NCBI GenBank assembly: GCA_027490345.1
Contig: JAIXYF010000489.1
Span: forward strand, 1-36,959
Direction: 5' to 3'
Source: Novosphingobium sp.
GTDB lineage: Bacteria > Pseudomonadota > Alphaproteobacteria > Sphingomonadales > Sphingomonadaceae
DNA length: 36,959 nucleotides
Shown here: positions 1 through 10,268 of the stretch, one piece after another
How positions within the stretch are numbered: the stretch's first letter is position 1
How the letters are laid out: every line of letters starts with the position of its first letter
The notes under the pieces: generated by a model
Seen by the model: only the letters and a program-made list of their open reading frames with translations
Databases searched by the model: none
What the model was told of the DNA's origin: nothing
Made by a program: the position numbers and the translations under genes

Positions 1-4
1 CCAT
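1..4 (-). CDS. Probable start of a gene running off the left edge (product unknown)
   Basis: Minus strand reads GAAGGAccgacATGG, an SD-like motif just before the ATG at 4..2. Only 4 nt lie in the window. Confidence 0.4.
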
Positions 5-227
5 GTCGGTCCTTCGAGGACCTGAAGCAGGCGGTTGTCAGATTGAAGCAGGACGCCCGACAGCCCGCAGGATTCGTTCGCAGTGCGGGCGTGATGCAGC
101 AGGCGGAACAACTCCGCCCGGTCCAGCGCCGGTGCGGCAAGGCTGCGATAAATGATGCGGCGCATGGCGCTCCCCGGTTGGTCCGGCGGAGATCATACGC
201 CTGCCGCGCCTGCCATCGGCTTGCCGC

Positions 228-250
228 GACCTAGGGGTTTCCCCTAGGTC
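228..250. promoter_or_regulatory. Perfect 10-bp inverted repeat GACCTAGGGG-TTT-CCCCTAGGTC (operator-like site or hairpin)
   Basis: Read directly. It lies 18 bp past the BLUF stop and about 225 bp upstream of the next minus-strand start. There is no U-tract. Confidence 0.5.
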
Positions 251-268
251 ACGCCGATCAAGCCCGCC

Positions 269-661
269 CTAGTTCAGCACAGCGAAGTTGACGATCATCT
301 TGCGCACCTCGGGATCGAGGCCGCGGGGCAGATCGCTCTCGAGCATCTCGCGGCGCGATTCGATGCTCTCGGCGATCATCACCCGCTTCATCGCCCAGTC
401 GGGGCAGGTGCGGCCCTCGATGGCGCGGCGATCGAGCACCGAGACGCCGGAATGGCGCGGGTCGGCGGTGATGGTGTCCATCAGCGCGGCGACCTCGCCC
501 TCCTCGCCCTCGAGCAGCTGGAGGAAGTTGCGCCCGTTGAACAGCAGCAGCCCGGTGATCCCGCGCGCCGGATTGTTGCGCGCGCTCGCGGCGAGGATGG
601 CGTCCACCTCCTCGCGCAGCAGGGTCGGCGCGGTGCTGATGTAGAGATACTGGCTGAGCAC
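269..661 (-). CDS. Stand-alone BLUF-domain blue-light sensor protein
   Basis: BLUF motifs YLYIS, ARNNPARGITGLL, FLQLLEG, DPRH and WAM; the conserved Tyr/Gln/Trp-Met are present; 130 aa; GTG start. Confidence 0.9.
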   Translation of the reverse strand: MLSQYLYISTAPTLLREEVDAILAASARNNPARGITGLLLFNGRNFLQLLEGEEGEVAALMDTITADPRHSGVSVLDRRAIEGRTCPDWAMKRVMIAESIESRREMLESDLPRGLDPEVRKMIVNFAVLN

Positions 662-709
662 GTATTCCCGTCCGTCCGTTTTCGGCCCGACCCCTCGGCC
701 CTGTTGTGC

Positions 710-1966
<1,257 letters not shown>

Positions 1967-2130
1967 GGGCTTGGACTTCATCCGAAAGGGAGCAGGTGCG
2001 CGCGCCGGTGGGTCATGGGGCTTGGGGAAAGCGGACCTTAAGGGCAGGGCACAAGAGCTCTGCTGGAAACCGGATTGCTAAGCGGCGCATAGGCTCCGCG
2101 GACGGAGGGGTCAATCGCTGAAAGGTCGCT

Positions 2131-2574
2131 TCAGAATGGCTTCACGATCACCATGATCACGATTAGCGCCGCAGTCACACCCGGGACTTCATTGAGCAGG
2201 CGCAGCTGCCGTCCGGTCAACTGTCGCTGCCCTTGCGCGAGCTTCACGGCATAGCCTGCCAGCCACATATGATAGGCTGAAAGCACCAGCACCAGCGCCA
2301 GCTTCACCAGAAACCAGCCTTGCGTGAACCACTCCCCGCTGACCGCCAGCGCAAGGCCAAGCCCCCAAACCACAAATAGCGAAGGCCACATGATGATCTT
2401 CATCAGCTTGCGCTCGCGGTCGACCCAGATGGCGTTTTCCGACGATCCTTCCGGCGCTTCCTGATGATAGACGAAGAAACGCGGCAGCATGAACAGCCCC
2501 GCCATCCAGAAGATCACGAAAATGACGTGGCCGGCTTTGAGCCAGAGATAGAGCATTGCGAGAACCTGCATCAT
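2131..2574 (-). CDS. hemJ: Protoporphyrinogen oxidase HemJ (CopD/UPF0093 family)
   Basis: WLKAGHVIFVIFWMAGLFMLPR...NEVP...KPF; sits between hemE and rho as usual in alphaproteobacteria. Confidence 0.93.
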   Translation of the reverse strand: MMQVLAMLYLWLKAGHVIFVIFWMAGLFMLPRFFVYHQEAPEGSSENAIWVDRERKLMKIIMWPSLFVVWGLGLALAVSGEWFTQGWFLVKLALVLVLSAYHMWLAGYAVKLAQGQRQLTGRQLRLLNEVPGVTAALIVIMVIVKPF

Positions 2575-2650
2575 TCTGCCGAGCCTAGCGCTTTTGCAGC
2601 CAGACCGGAACTTGGGAATTGGGGCGGATCATCCCGCCCCAATCTGCACT

Positions 2651-3688
2651 TCAGCGCGACCAGCCGCGCACTACCTCAAGCAGCTGCTCGACATGCGCAA
2701 TCGGTGTGAACTGCCCTATGCCATGGCCCAGATTGAACACGTGGGGCCGGTCGGCAAACACATCCAGCACGCGGCGTGCACCGTCGTTCAATGCAGGGCC
2801 GCCTGCCAGAAGCAGCAACGGATCGAGATTGCCCTGCACGGGCATACCGGCAGGCAGGGTCTTGGCCGCCCAGACCGGATCGATGGTCTCGTCAACGCCA
2901 ATGGCATCCACTCCGGTGCCTTGTGCATAGGCTGCCAGCTTTTCACCGGCACCTTTGGGGAAGCCGATGATCGGCACATCAGGGTGCAGCTTGTGCATGG
3001 CCTGAGTGATCCGCGCGTTGGGTTCGATAACCCAGCGGTCGAATTCTGCCGGGGCGAGACTGCCTGCCCAGCTGTCGAACAACTGCAGGCCCTCGGCGCC
3101 GGCTTTCACTTGCCCGCTTAGGTATTCCACAGTCACGTCGACGATGGCATCGATGATCGCCCGGAACGCACCGGGATCGCGATAGGCCATGGCGCGGGTG
3201 TCGTGCTGGTCGCGGCTACCTTCGCCAGCGACCATGTAGGTCGCGATGGTCCAGGGGCTGCCGGCAAAGCCTAGCATGGTGGCCTCTGGCGGCAGGGCCG
3301 CGCTGACCTGTGCCACGGTCTCATAAATCGGCGAAAGGCGCTCAGGCACGCTTCTGAGCGTCTCCAGACCCACATCGAGCAGGCGAGGAGAGAGCGCCGG
3401 GCCTTCACCCGCCAGAAATTGCAAGTCCTGACCCATCGCATAAGGCACGATCAGGATATCGGAGAACAGGATCGCACCGTCGAATCCGAAGCGGCGCAGC
3501 GGTTGGAGCGTGATTTCAGCTGCTGCTGCGGAATCATAAACCAGCGCCAGGAAACCGCCCTTCTCGGCGCGCAGTTCGCGATACTCCGGAAGGTACCGTC
3601 CGGCCTGACGCATGAGCCAGATGGGACGACGGGAAAGGTTTGCGCCTTTGAGAGTGGCGAGAAGCGGCTTTTGGGCAGGGTCAGACAT
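2651..3688 (-). CDS. hemE: Uroporphyrinogen decarboxylase
   Basis: PIWLMRQAGRYLPEY, ILFSDIL, FNLGHG. Start placed at ATG 3688; the ORF-track extension to 4003 runs across the origin. Confidence 0.97.
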   Translation of the reverse strand: MSDPAQKPLLATLKGANLSRRPIWLMRQAGRYLPEYRELRAEKGGFLALVYDSAAAAEITLQPLRRFGFDGAILFSDILIVPYAMGQDLQFLAGEGPALSPRLLDVGLETLRSVPERLSPIYETVAQVSAALPPEATMLGFAGSPWTIATYMVAGEGSRDQHDTRAMAYRDPGAFRAIIDAIVDVTVEYLSGQVKAGAEGLQLFDSWAGSLAPAEFDRWVIEPNARITQAMHKLHPDVPIIGFPKGAGEKLAAYAQGTGVDAIGVDETIDPVWAAKTLPAGMPVQGNLDPLLLLAGGPALNDGARRVLDVFADRPHVFNLGHGIGQFTPIAHVEQLLEVVRGWSR

Positions 3689-4035
3689 CAGGCGATCGGT
3701 CCAATTCAAATCTATAGATTCTCTTGAATCAGATTGAGGTAGTTTGTTGGCCCTGTGGAAAGCGGGGACGAGACGCATCTGCCCGAATTGTCCCGCCGTC
3801 TCCACAAAAAAGCGTGTCAGCGACTCTGAACAGTTGCTGGGAACCACCCGGGGCAAGCGAAACTTGTCCCTGCTGTCCCCAGCCTGTGGACAGTTTGCCG
3901 CGCCTGTTTGCAATCTGACTGTGCGTAGCCTGATGTCGGGGGCATAATTGCAACGCAAACTTGTCCGCCGTTTTCTCCCGTGGTTTATCCTCATGCAATC
4001 CACAGCCTTCTCCCGGAGGCCGATCAGGAACTTCG
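3689..4035. other. Chromosomal replication origin (oriC) candidate
   Basis: DnaA-box-like 9-mers: CTTTCCACA(-) 3754-3762, GTCTCCACA 3798-3806, CTGTCCCCA 3873-3881, CTGTCCACA(-) 3885-3893, TTATCCTCA 3985-3993, CAATCCACA 3996-4004. AT-rich stretch at about 3701-3750. GANTC sites at 3717, 3726 and 3822. The hemE/DUF299 position matches Caulobacter Cori. Confidence 0.82.
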
Positions 4036-4881
4036 ATGGCGCGGCTGCATCTCCATCTTCTGTCGGATTCGACCGGCGAAACGCTTGAGATGATCGCCAA
4101 GGCGGCCCTTGCGCAGTTCGACGATGCCGATGTTGTGCGTCATTTCTGGCCGATGGTCCGCTCGCAGCAGCACCTTGATCGGATCATGGGTGAGATTACT
4201 GCGAATCCGGGGTTGGTCCTCTTCACCATGGTCAATGCCGAAACGCGCGAGCTGCTTCAAACCCGCTGCGCCGCGCTGGGCTTGCCCAGCGTGCCTGCGC
4301 TCGATGCCGTCACGCTTGCGCTCGAAGCGCAGCTTGGGCAGGCGGCCAAGGGCAGGCCGGGCCGGCAGCACACGATGGATGAGGCTTATTTCCGCCGGGT
4401 CGAGGCTATCCAGTTCACCATTGCCCATGACGATGGCATTGCATGGGAAGACTGGGAAGCAGCGGATATTCTGCTTGCAGGGGTTTCGCGTTCCTCCAAG
4501 ACACCGACTGCGATCTACCTGGCCAACCGCGGCTACCGCGTTGCCAATATCCCCATCGTCGTGGAAAGCCCTCCGCCATCTGTTCTGTTCAGCTTGCGGC
4601 GTCCGCTTGTCGTCGGGCTCACCACCAGCCCGGAGCGGCTGATCCAGGTCCGCCGGAACAGGTTGCTTTCGCTTAACCAGGCGCCCGAGACCGCTTATGT
4701 CGACAGCGAGCATGTAGCGCGGGAAGTGCAATATGCGCGGCGCATGTTCGCGGATAACGGTTGGCCGGTGATCGACGTCTCACGCCGCTCGATCGAGGAG
4801 ACGGCGGCGGCCGTTATCAACCTCTATAACGAGCGCCGCCCCGAGACGGGCGGCGGTTTGGGCGGAGGACATGCCCTGTGA
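4036..4881 (+). CDS. ppsR: Pyruvate, water/phosphate dikinase regulatory protein (kinase/pyrophosphorylase, DUF299)
   Basis: [34 protein letters not shown]; AGGA RBS before ATG 4036. Confidence 0.93.
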   Translation: MARLHLHLLSDSTGETLEMIAKAALAQFDDADVVRHFWPMVRSQQHLDRIMGEITANPGLVLFTMVNAETRELLQTRCAALGLPSVPALDAVTLALEAQLGQAAKGRPGRQHTMDEAYFRRVEAIQFTIAHDDGIAWEDWEAADILLAGVSRSSKTPTAIYLANRGYRVANIPIVVESPPPSVLFSLRRPLVVGLTTSPERLIQVRRNRLLSLNQAPETAYVDSEHVAREVQYARRMFADNGWPVIDVSRRSIEETAAAVINLYNERRPETGGGLGGGHAL

Positions 4882-4927
4882 AAGACGAAGTCTCTGTGAA
4901 AGACAAAGGCCCTGTGAAAGAGAAAGC
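4874..4927 (+). repeat. 3 x 18-bp imperfect tandem repeat (CYCTGTGAAAGA...) filling the ppsR-maf junction
   Basis: Units ccctgtgaaagacgaagt / ctctgtgaaagacaaagg / ccctgtgaaagagaaagc. The first unit contains the ppsR stop and the last abuts the maf ATG. Confidence 0.9.
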
Positions 4928-5512
4928 ATGCTGATTCTGGCGTCACAAAGCGCAAGCCGCAAGGCAATGCTGACCGCAGCGGGTGTGCCATTCGAAGCGC
5001 GCGGTTCGGATGTGGATGAAGCCGAGATCAAGCGCGAATTGATCGGTGTGCCCGGTAGCGAAGTGGCGCTGATTCTGGCCGAAGCCAAAGCGCTCGCGGT
5101 CGCGGTCAGCGCGCCGGGGCGGCTGGTTTTGGGGGGCGATTCGCTAGTCGAGGTCTGCGGCCGGATGTTCGACAAGCCTGCCAGCCGAGCTGATGCAGCT
5201 CGGCACCTTGCGTTCTTTTCCGGGCAGACGATGAAACTCAATTCGGCAGCGATTCTCGTGCGTGACGGCGTGCCGGTCTGGCGTCATTGCGAAACAGCAA
5301 GGCTGAAGGTGCGCACGCTGAGCGCTGATTTCATCGAAGGGTATCTGGCGCAGGAATGGCCTGCGGTTGGCGCCTGCGTCGGCGTGTTCCGGATCGAGGC
5401 GCTTGGCGTCCAATTGTTCGACCATATCGAGGGAAGCCATTTCACCGTACTCGGCATGCCGCTGCTGGCGCTGCTCGGCGCGCTGCGCACGCAGGGCGAA
5501 CTCCCCGCATGA
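4928..5512 (+). CDS. maf: Maf-family nucleoside triphosphate pyrophosphatase
   Basis: [33 protein letters not shown]; start at ATG 4928 after the repeat. Confidence 0.93.
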   Translation: MLILASQSASRKAMLTAAGVPFEARGSDVDEAEIKRELIGVPGSEVALILAEAKALAVAVSAPGRLVLGGDSLVEVCGRMFDKPASRADAARHLAFFSGQTMKLNSAAILVRDGVPVWRHCETARLKVRTLSADFIEGYLAQEWPAVGACVGVFRIEALGVQLFDHIEGSHFTVLGMPLLALLGALRTQGELPA

Positions 5513-6363
5513 GCCGCCCTTATGCCGAAGTGATCGGCGATCCCATCGCGCAATCAAAGTCTCCCGCAATCCATGGATTCTGGATAAAAGCGCTTGAGAT
5601 TGAAGGCGACTATCTGGCTACGCACGTCCATGCCTCAGACTTGAGGGAATTTCTGCACAGCCGCCGCACCGATCCCCTGTGGCGCGGCTGTAATGTCACC
5701 ATGCCGCACAAGCAGGCCGTGATTCCGCTGTTGGACCGGCTCGATCCGCTTGCCGCTGCGGTTGGCGCCGTCAACACCATCGTGCCCGAGAACGGCCTCC
5801 TTGCCGGCTACAACACCGATGTGCCGGGCTTTCTTGAACCTCTTCGTAGCGAACTTGATCAAACGCATTATTTCCGCATGGCCCGGATCATCGGTACCGG
5901 CGGCGCTGCGCGCGCGATCATCAAGGGTTTGGCAGATGAACACTTCGTTATCGTGCTGGCCGGACGCAATCCTCAAAAGGCCCGTGCGCTGCTGGATGAG
6001 CTTGATCCCGGCGGCGAACACCATGTCGCGGATCTGGCTCAGTTCGCCGATCCGACCGATTTTGCTTTCGATGACCGCGAAGGTTGCCTTGATCTCATCG
6101 TCAACGCGTCGTTGCTCGGGATGAGCGGCCAGCCTGCCCTTGCGTTCGATCTCAGCCATGCGCCGCCGGGTTCCATCGTTTATGACATCGTCACCAGCCC
6201 GCTCGACACGGCGCTGCTCCAATTGGCCCGAGCCGGCGGGTTCCGGACCATCGATGGCCTTTCGATGCTGATCGGGCAGGCAGACCATGCCTTTCGCCGG
6301 TTCTTTGGCGCTAGCCCCCCGCGTGACAGGGATACAGACTTGCGCAAGGTGCTGATGCGATGA
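5509..6363 (+). CDS. aroE: Shikimate dehydrogenase
   Basis: [45 protein letters not shown]; ATGA overlap with maf. Confidence 0.95.
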   Translation: MSRPYAEVIGDPIAQSKSPAIHGFWIKALEIEGDYLATHVHASDLREFLHSRRTDPLWRGCNVTMPHKQAVIPLLDRLDPLAAAVGAVNTIVPENGLLAGYNTDVPGFLEPLRSELDQTHYFRMARIIGTGGAARAIIKGLADEHFVIVLAGRNPQKARALLDELDPGGEHHVADLAQFADPTDFAFDDREGCLDLIVNASLLGMSGQPALAFDLSHAPPGSIVYDIVTSPLDTALLQLARAGGFRTIDGLSMLIGQADHAFRRFFGASPPRDRDTDLRKVLMR

Positions 6364-6962
6364 GCCATCCCTTCATTCTCGGTCTCACCGGCTCGATCGG
6401 CATGGGCAAGTCTGCTGTCGCGATGATGCTGCGCGAATTGGGGGTGCCGGTATTCGATGCAGACGCAGTTGTTCACCGCCTGCAAGGCCCGCGCGGCGTG
6501 CTGCTTTGCGCCATCGAAGCGGCGTTTCCCGGCACGACGGGACTGGACGGCGTCGACCGGCAGGCTCTTGGCGCGCAAGTGTTCGGCAATGCAGAAGCAC
6601 TCGCCCGGCTGGAGGCGATCGTTCATCCGGCCGTGGCGGATGAACGCGCAACCTTCCTGCTCGAACATGCCGGACAGCCACTGATCGTGTTCGATATCCC
6701 GCTGCTTTATGAAAAGGGCCACGGTGCGGGGCTTGATGCGGTGGCGGTGGTCTCTGCACCCGCCGAAATGCAGCGGATGCGCGTTCTGGCGCGTCCCGGG
6801 ATGAGCCCGGAAAAGTTTGCCCAGATCCTGAGCCTGCAGGTTCCAGACGCCGAAAAGCGGGCGCATGCGGATCATGTCATCGATACTGGGGTAACACTGG
6901 CTCAAACACGCGCGCAGGTGGCTGCGCTGGTGGATGCCCTACGGCAAAAAAAGCACCCCTGA
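6360..6962 (+). CDS. coaE: Dephospho-CoA kinase
   Basis: GLTGSIGMGKS P-loop, FDADAVVH, DIPLLYE; ATGA overlap with aroE. Confidence 0.96.
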   Translation: MSHPFILGLTGSIGMGKSAVAMMLRELGVPVFDADAVVHRLQGPRGVLLCAIEAAFPGTTGLDGVDRQALGAQVFGNAEALARLEAIVHPAVADERATFLLEHAGQPLIVFDIPLLYEKGHGAGLDAVAVVSAPAEMQRMRVLARPGMSPEKFAQILSLQVPDAEKRAHADHVIDTGVTLAQTRAQVAALVDALRQKKHP

Positions 6963-7002
6963 AGCCTTGCAAGCCCTTTCTCCCGGGTCCAGACTACCGC
7001 AA

Positions 7003-7698
7003 ATGCGTGAGATCGTATTCGATACAGAAACGACGGGCCTTGATCCGCAGAGCGGTGACCGGCTTGTGGAAATTGGCTGCATCGAGATGATGAACCGCAT
7101 GCCGACCGGCGCGGTGTTTCATGCCTATTTCAACCCGGAACGCGGTATGCCGGCTGAGGCTGAGGCTGTGCACGGTCTGTCCAGCGGCTTTCTGGCTGAC
7201 AAGCCCCGCTTCGCCGAACGAGCCGCCGAACTGCTTGATTTTCTGGGTGATGCACCGCTCGTGGCGCACAATGCCGGGTTCGATTTCGGTTTCCTCAATG
7301 CTGAACTGGCGCTCTGCAATCTACCTGCAGTGGACCGCGCGCGTATGGTCGATACCGTGGCGATTGCCCGGCGCAAGCATCCCGGCGCCAAGCTCAGCCT
7401 TGATGCGCTGTGTTCGCGCTACGGGATCGATCGTAGCCACCGGGTCCTCCACGGTGCACTGCTTGATGCCGAATTGCTTGCCCAGCTTTACGTTGAGCTG
7501 ATGGGCGGGCGGCAGATCGGTCTTGAGCTTGCTGCTGATGCACAAACCCAGGTGCCGGTTGCGGCCGTCGCAGCGCCTGTCACCCCAGCGACGCGGCGGA
7601 CGCTGCGCCCGCCGCGTCCACATGCGGCCAGCGCCGAGGAAATGGCGCGCCATGCCGCTTTTGTCGATGCCATCAACGCTGCCATCTGGCTGCGATGA
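7003..7698 (+). CDS. dnaQ: DNA polymerase III epsilon subunit
   Basis: DEDDh exonuclease motifs DTETTG, AHNAGFD, HGALLDA; start MREIVFD at 7003. Confidence 0.96.
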   Translation: MREIVFDTETTGLDPQSGDRLVEIGCIEMMNRMPTGAVFHAYFNPERGMPAEAEAVHGLSSGFLADKPRFAERAAELLDFLGDAPLVAHNAGFDFGFLNAELALCNLPAVDRARMVDTVAIARRKHPGAKLSLDALCSRYGIDRSHRVLHGALLDAELLAQLYVELMGGRQIGLELAADAQTQVPVAAVAAPVTPATRRTLRPPRPHAASAEEMARHAAFVDAINAAIWLR

Positions 7699-7747
7699 TC
7701 CGGCCCGGTTTGGTCCGGGTCTGTGATTGAGTGAAGGAGAGTGAATT

Positions 7748-8311
7748 ATGGATATTCGCGTTTCAGGCCATCAGGTCGATACCGGCGCCGCGTTTGAAGC
7801 GCATGCCGAGGAGCGCCTCTCCGCGATCGTCGACAAATATTTCTCGCGCGCGCTGACCTCGCATGTCACGCTGGGCAAGGCGCCGCATGGCGGCTTCCGC
7901 TGCGATATCGTGACCCACGTGGCGCAGGGCCTGATCCTGAAAGGGAGCGGGGTTGCACAGGATGCCCATATCGCGCTCGACCAGTCAGCCGAGAAAATCG
8001 AGAAGCAGCTTCGCCGCTACAAGCGCCGGATCACCGCCCGGCAAGACCAGGCCGATCATGCACGGCGCGAGGAAGATGCGGCTTACACTGTGTTTGTGGT
8101 CGAGGAATCCGAGGCGGAAGAGCCTGCAGATGCGCCACTGGTGATCGCGGAAACGCGTGTGGACGTGCCTACTGCCAGCGTTTCGGATGCGGTGATGATG
8201 CTCGATTTGCGCAACACCAATGCCTTGCTGTTCAAGAACGCCGGAACGGGCGTGCACAACATGGTCTATCGCCGCGGCGATGGTTCGATCGGCTGGGTTG
8301 AGCCGTCCTGA
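7748..8311 (+). CDS. hpf: Ribosome hibernation promoting factor (long HPF/RaiA)
   Basis: MDIRVSGHQVDTG...KIEKQLRRYK...VYRRGDGSIGWVEP; GAAGGAG RBS. Confidence 0.95.
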   Translation: MDIRVSGHQVDTGAAFEAHAEERLSAIVDKYFSRALTSHVTLGKAPHGGFRCDIVTHVAQGLILKGSGVAQDAHIALDQSAEKIEKQLRRYKRRITARQDQADHARREEDAAYTVFVVEESEAEEPADAPLVIAETRVDVPTASVSDAVMMLDLRNTNALLFKNAGTGVHNMVYRRGDGSIGWVEPS

Positions 8312-8351
8312 TTCTGGATGGCCTGATTCCGGATGGCCTGATTCTGGCAGG
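8307..8351 (+). repeat. 3 x 15-bp tandem repeat CCTGATTCYGG(ATGG/CAGG) starting at the hpf stop
   Basis: Units cctgattctggatgg / cctgattccggatgg / cctgattctggcagg; each contains TGA and GATTC. Confidence 0.9.
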
Positions 8352-8473
8352 TGTGATCGGCGCGCCTCCTCTGCATACCGGAACGCGATTCGGTGCTTGC
8401 ACCGCATCGCGTTCCGGCGCATTGGCCCCTTCGTATCAAGCGCCTATGCGCATTTTCCGGTATCGCTGGTTCC

Positions 8474-8935
8474 ATGACCGCTCTTTTTTTTTTTTTTTTC
8501 CAGGCGGTGCGCATTCTGCGCGCTGAAACGAAGGCGCAGATCCTCGGTGCGCTCGCGGATTGCTTTGCCGACGTTTACGGACTTGACCGCGCAATGGTGA
8601 TTGAGCGGATCGAAGAGCGCGAAACGCTGGGTAGCACTGGGTTTGGACGTGGGGTGGCAATCCCGCACGCCCGCCTAGAAGGGCTGTCACGTCCGGTTGC
8701 GGTCTTCTTTCGGCTTGAACGCCCGGCCGATTTCGGATCGTCGGATGGCATGCCGGTCGATTGCGTGTTCGGGCTGCTTTCACCCGAACAGGCCGGGGCA
8801 ACGCACTTGCAAGCGCTGGCTGCGATTTCGCGGCTCATGCGGGATGAGCGCATGCATGAGCGATTGATTGCCGCACCCGATGCGGACGCGATCTATGCCT
8901 TGCTCGTCAATGTCATCGACCGCGACGCTGCCTGA
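8474..8935 (+). CDS. ptsN: PTS nitrogen-regulatory EIIA(Ntr)
   Basis: ERETLGSTGFGRGVAIPHAR (phospho-His motif), HLQALAAISR; downstream of hpf. Confidence 0.92.
   Translation: MTALFFFFFQAVRILRAETKAQILGALADCFADVYGLDRAMVIERIEERETLGSTGFGRGVAIPHARLEGLSRPVAVFFRLERPADFGSSDGMPVDCVFGLLSPEQAGATHLQALAAISRLMRDERMHERLIAAPDADAIYALLVNVIDRDAA
8484..8499 (+). repeat. T16 homopolymer in codons 4-9 of ptsN
   Basis: atgaccgctc-T16-ccag, read directly; currently in frame (MTALFFFFFQ). Confidence 0.9.
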
Positions 8936-8981
8936 TCCTGCGCCATATGGTGCCAGCCAGCTGCGCCCGACAGATCGGTAA

Positions 8982-9359
8982 ATGAGCGCTGGGCGCCTTC
9001 CTGCAGCACTCGAAGTATCAGCGCTGATTCGCCTTGCGGAAGCTGCGGGCGGCTTTGCCATGGTCCTGCAAAAAGGTGAGCCCGATAGTGGCACTATTCT
9101 GATCGTTCTTCTGGAAAATCAGGGCTTTGGGCAGGCCAACGCTCGATTGTTCGAGCGGTTGCCACGGGCGGACGGAATCCGTGTCTGGACCCTGTCAAAG
9201 GTTCAAGATTCTGAAAACAGAGAAGAATTTGAACGCTATCTGGCACGGCGCATGGCACAAGACCGCGATCTTTGGATCGTTGAACTGACCATCGCGCAGG
9301 GCAAACAGTTTATCTTGAATCTGACACAAAATGAGAACAAAGCAGGATTCATGGGTTGA
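8982..9359 (+). CDS. DUF1491 family protein
   Basis: RLPAALEVSALIR...GGFAMVLQKGEPDSGTI...DRDLWIVE pattern typical of alphaproteobacterial DUF1491. Confidence 0.8.
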   Translation: MSAGRLPAALEVSALIRLAEAAGGFAMVLQKGEPDSGTILIVLLENQGFGQANARLFERLPRADGIRVWTLSKVQDSENREEFERYLARRMAQDRDLWIVELTIAQGKQFILNLTQNENKAGFMG

Positions 9360-9562
9360 CTTGCTCACGATCCTCTCTAACCGGCCCACTCTGAACCGCG
9401 CGTAGGCAGCGATGGGACGACAGCAAGGTCGTCCTCGCCAGCACGCAGACGGGGGGCAGACGCCAAGGCCTTCGACAGGTTTCTGGCCGTGTGAGGCAAG
9501 CCTTGCCGGACTGAAACTTGCCGCGCCTTGCGCCGACGTTCACCGCCCAATGACGAAGATGA
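9356..9562 (+). promoter_or_regulatory. Sigma70-like promoter (TTGACT...CTAACC) plus a structured leader of about 170 nt
   Basis: TTGACT at 9356; hairpin GGACGAC-agcaag-GTCGTCC (9415-9434) with extendable outer pairing. Confidence 0.4.
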
Positions 9563-10216
9563 ATGAGCCGCCAGTTTCGTATCGCCAGTGCCGTTTGCAT
9601 TGCCGCAAGTTTTGTTACTGTCCTGCTGAGCACCGGTGGATCCGGCGCGAAGGCACAGGATATCCAGATCCCGGTCGCTGAAGCACCCGGATCTTCGGCC
9701 ATCACCGTGGAACCGCATCAAAGCGTGTTCCGGCCTGCCGAACAACCGCTTCCCCAACCCGAGCAGACTGGGCCTGACGCCATCGGCGAAGCCCTGCCGA
9801 GTGCTGTTACGCTGGCGGAACTGATCGTCCGCACACCGCTTCCGGCTTCGTTGACACGAGAAATGGAATGTCTGGCTGGCGCGATCTATTTCGAAGCGCG
9901 CAGTGAAACGCTGGCCGGGCAACTCGCCGTGGGCCGCGTGATCGTGACCCGCGCAGCTTCAGGCCGGTTTCCCAGCTCCTATTGCGGCGTGGTCCATCAG
10001 CCCTCGCAGTTCTCGTTCGTGCGTGGCAACGCCATTCCTGCGGTGAAGCGGGATAGCCATTTTTGGCAGCAGGCCGTGAAGATCGCTCTGATTGCTGATA
10101 GCGGCGCATGGAAAAGCCCCGTGGAGGGCGCCATGTTCTTTCATGCCGCGCACGTGGCGCCGTCCTGGGGGAAGACCCGCATGGCGCGGGTCGACAACCA
10201 CGTCTTCTATCGCTGA
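9563..10216 (+). CDS. Cell wall hydrolase (SleB / Hydrolase_2 family)
   Basis: N-terminal signal/TM segment; [35 protein letters not shown]. Confidence 0.92.
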   Translation: MSRQFRIASAVCIAASFVTVLLSTGGSGAKAQDIQIPVAEAPGSSAITVEPHQSVFRPAEQPLPQPEQTGPDAIGEALPSAVTLAELIVRTPLPASLTREMECLAGAIYFEARSETLAGQLAVGRVIVTRAASGRFPSSYCGVVHQPSQFSFVRGNAIPAVKRDSHFWQQAVKIALIADSGAWKSPVEGAMFFHAAHVAPSWGKTRMARVDNHVFYR

Positions 10217-10223
10217 AGGTTTT

Positions 10224-10254
10224 GGTGGGTACCGGCCTCTTGCTGGTACCCACC
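10224..10254. terminator. Strong hairpin between the convergent hydrolase and purH genes
   Basis: GGTGGGTACCGGC-ctctt-GCTGGTACCCACC (13-bp stem, one G-U); no clear U-tail. Confidence 0.6.
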
Positions 10255-10268
10255 TGCTATTCTGGGCA

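Noticed and set aside
3689-4035. N-terminal extensions of hemE (to 4003) and ppsR (from 3961), plus small ORFs in the gap
   Set aside because: The extensions have no family similarity; conserved N-termini begin at 3688 and 4036; the gap is better explained as oriC.
4874-8351. Short tandem repeats as a CRISPR array
   Set aside because: Units are 15-18 bp and contiguous with no spacers; there are no cas genes.
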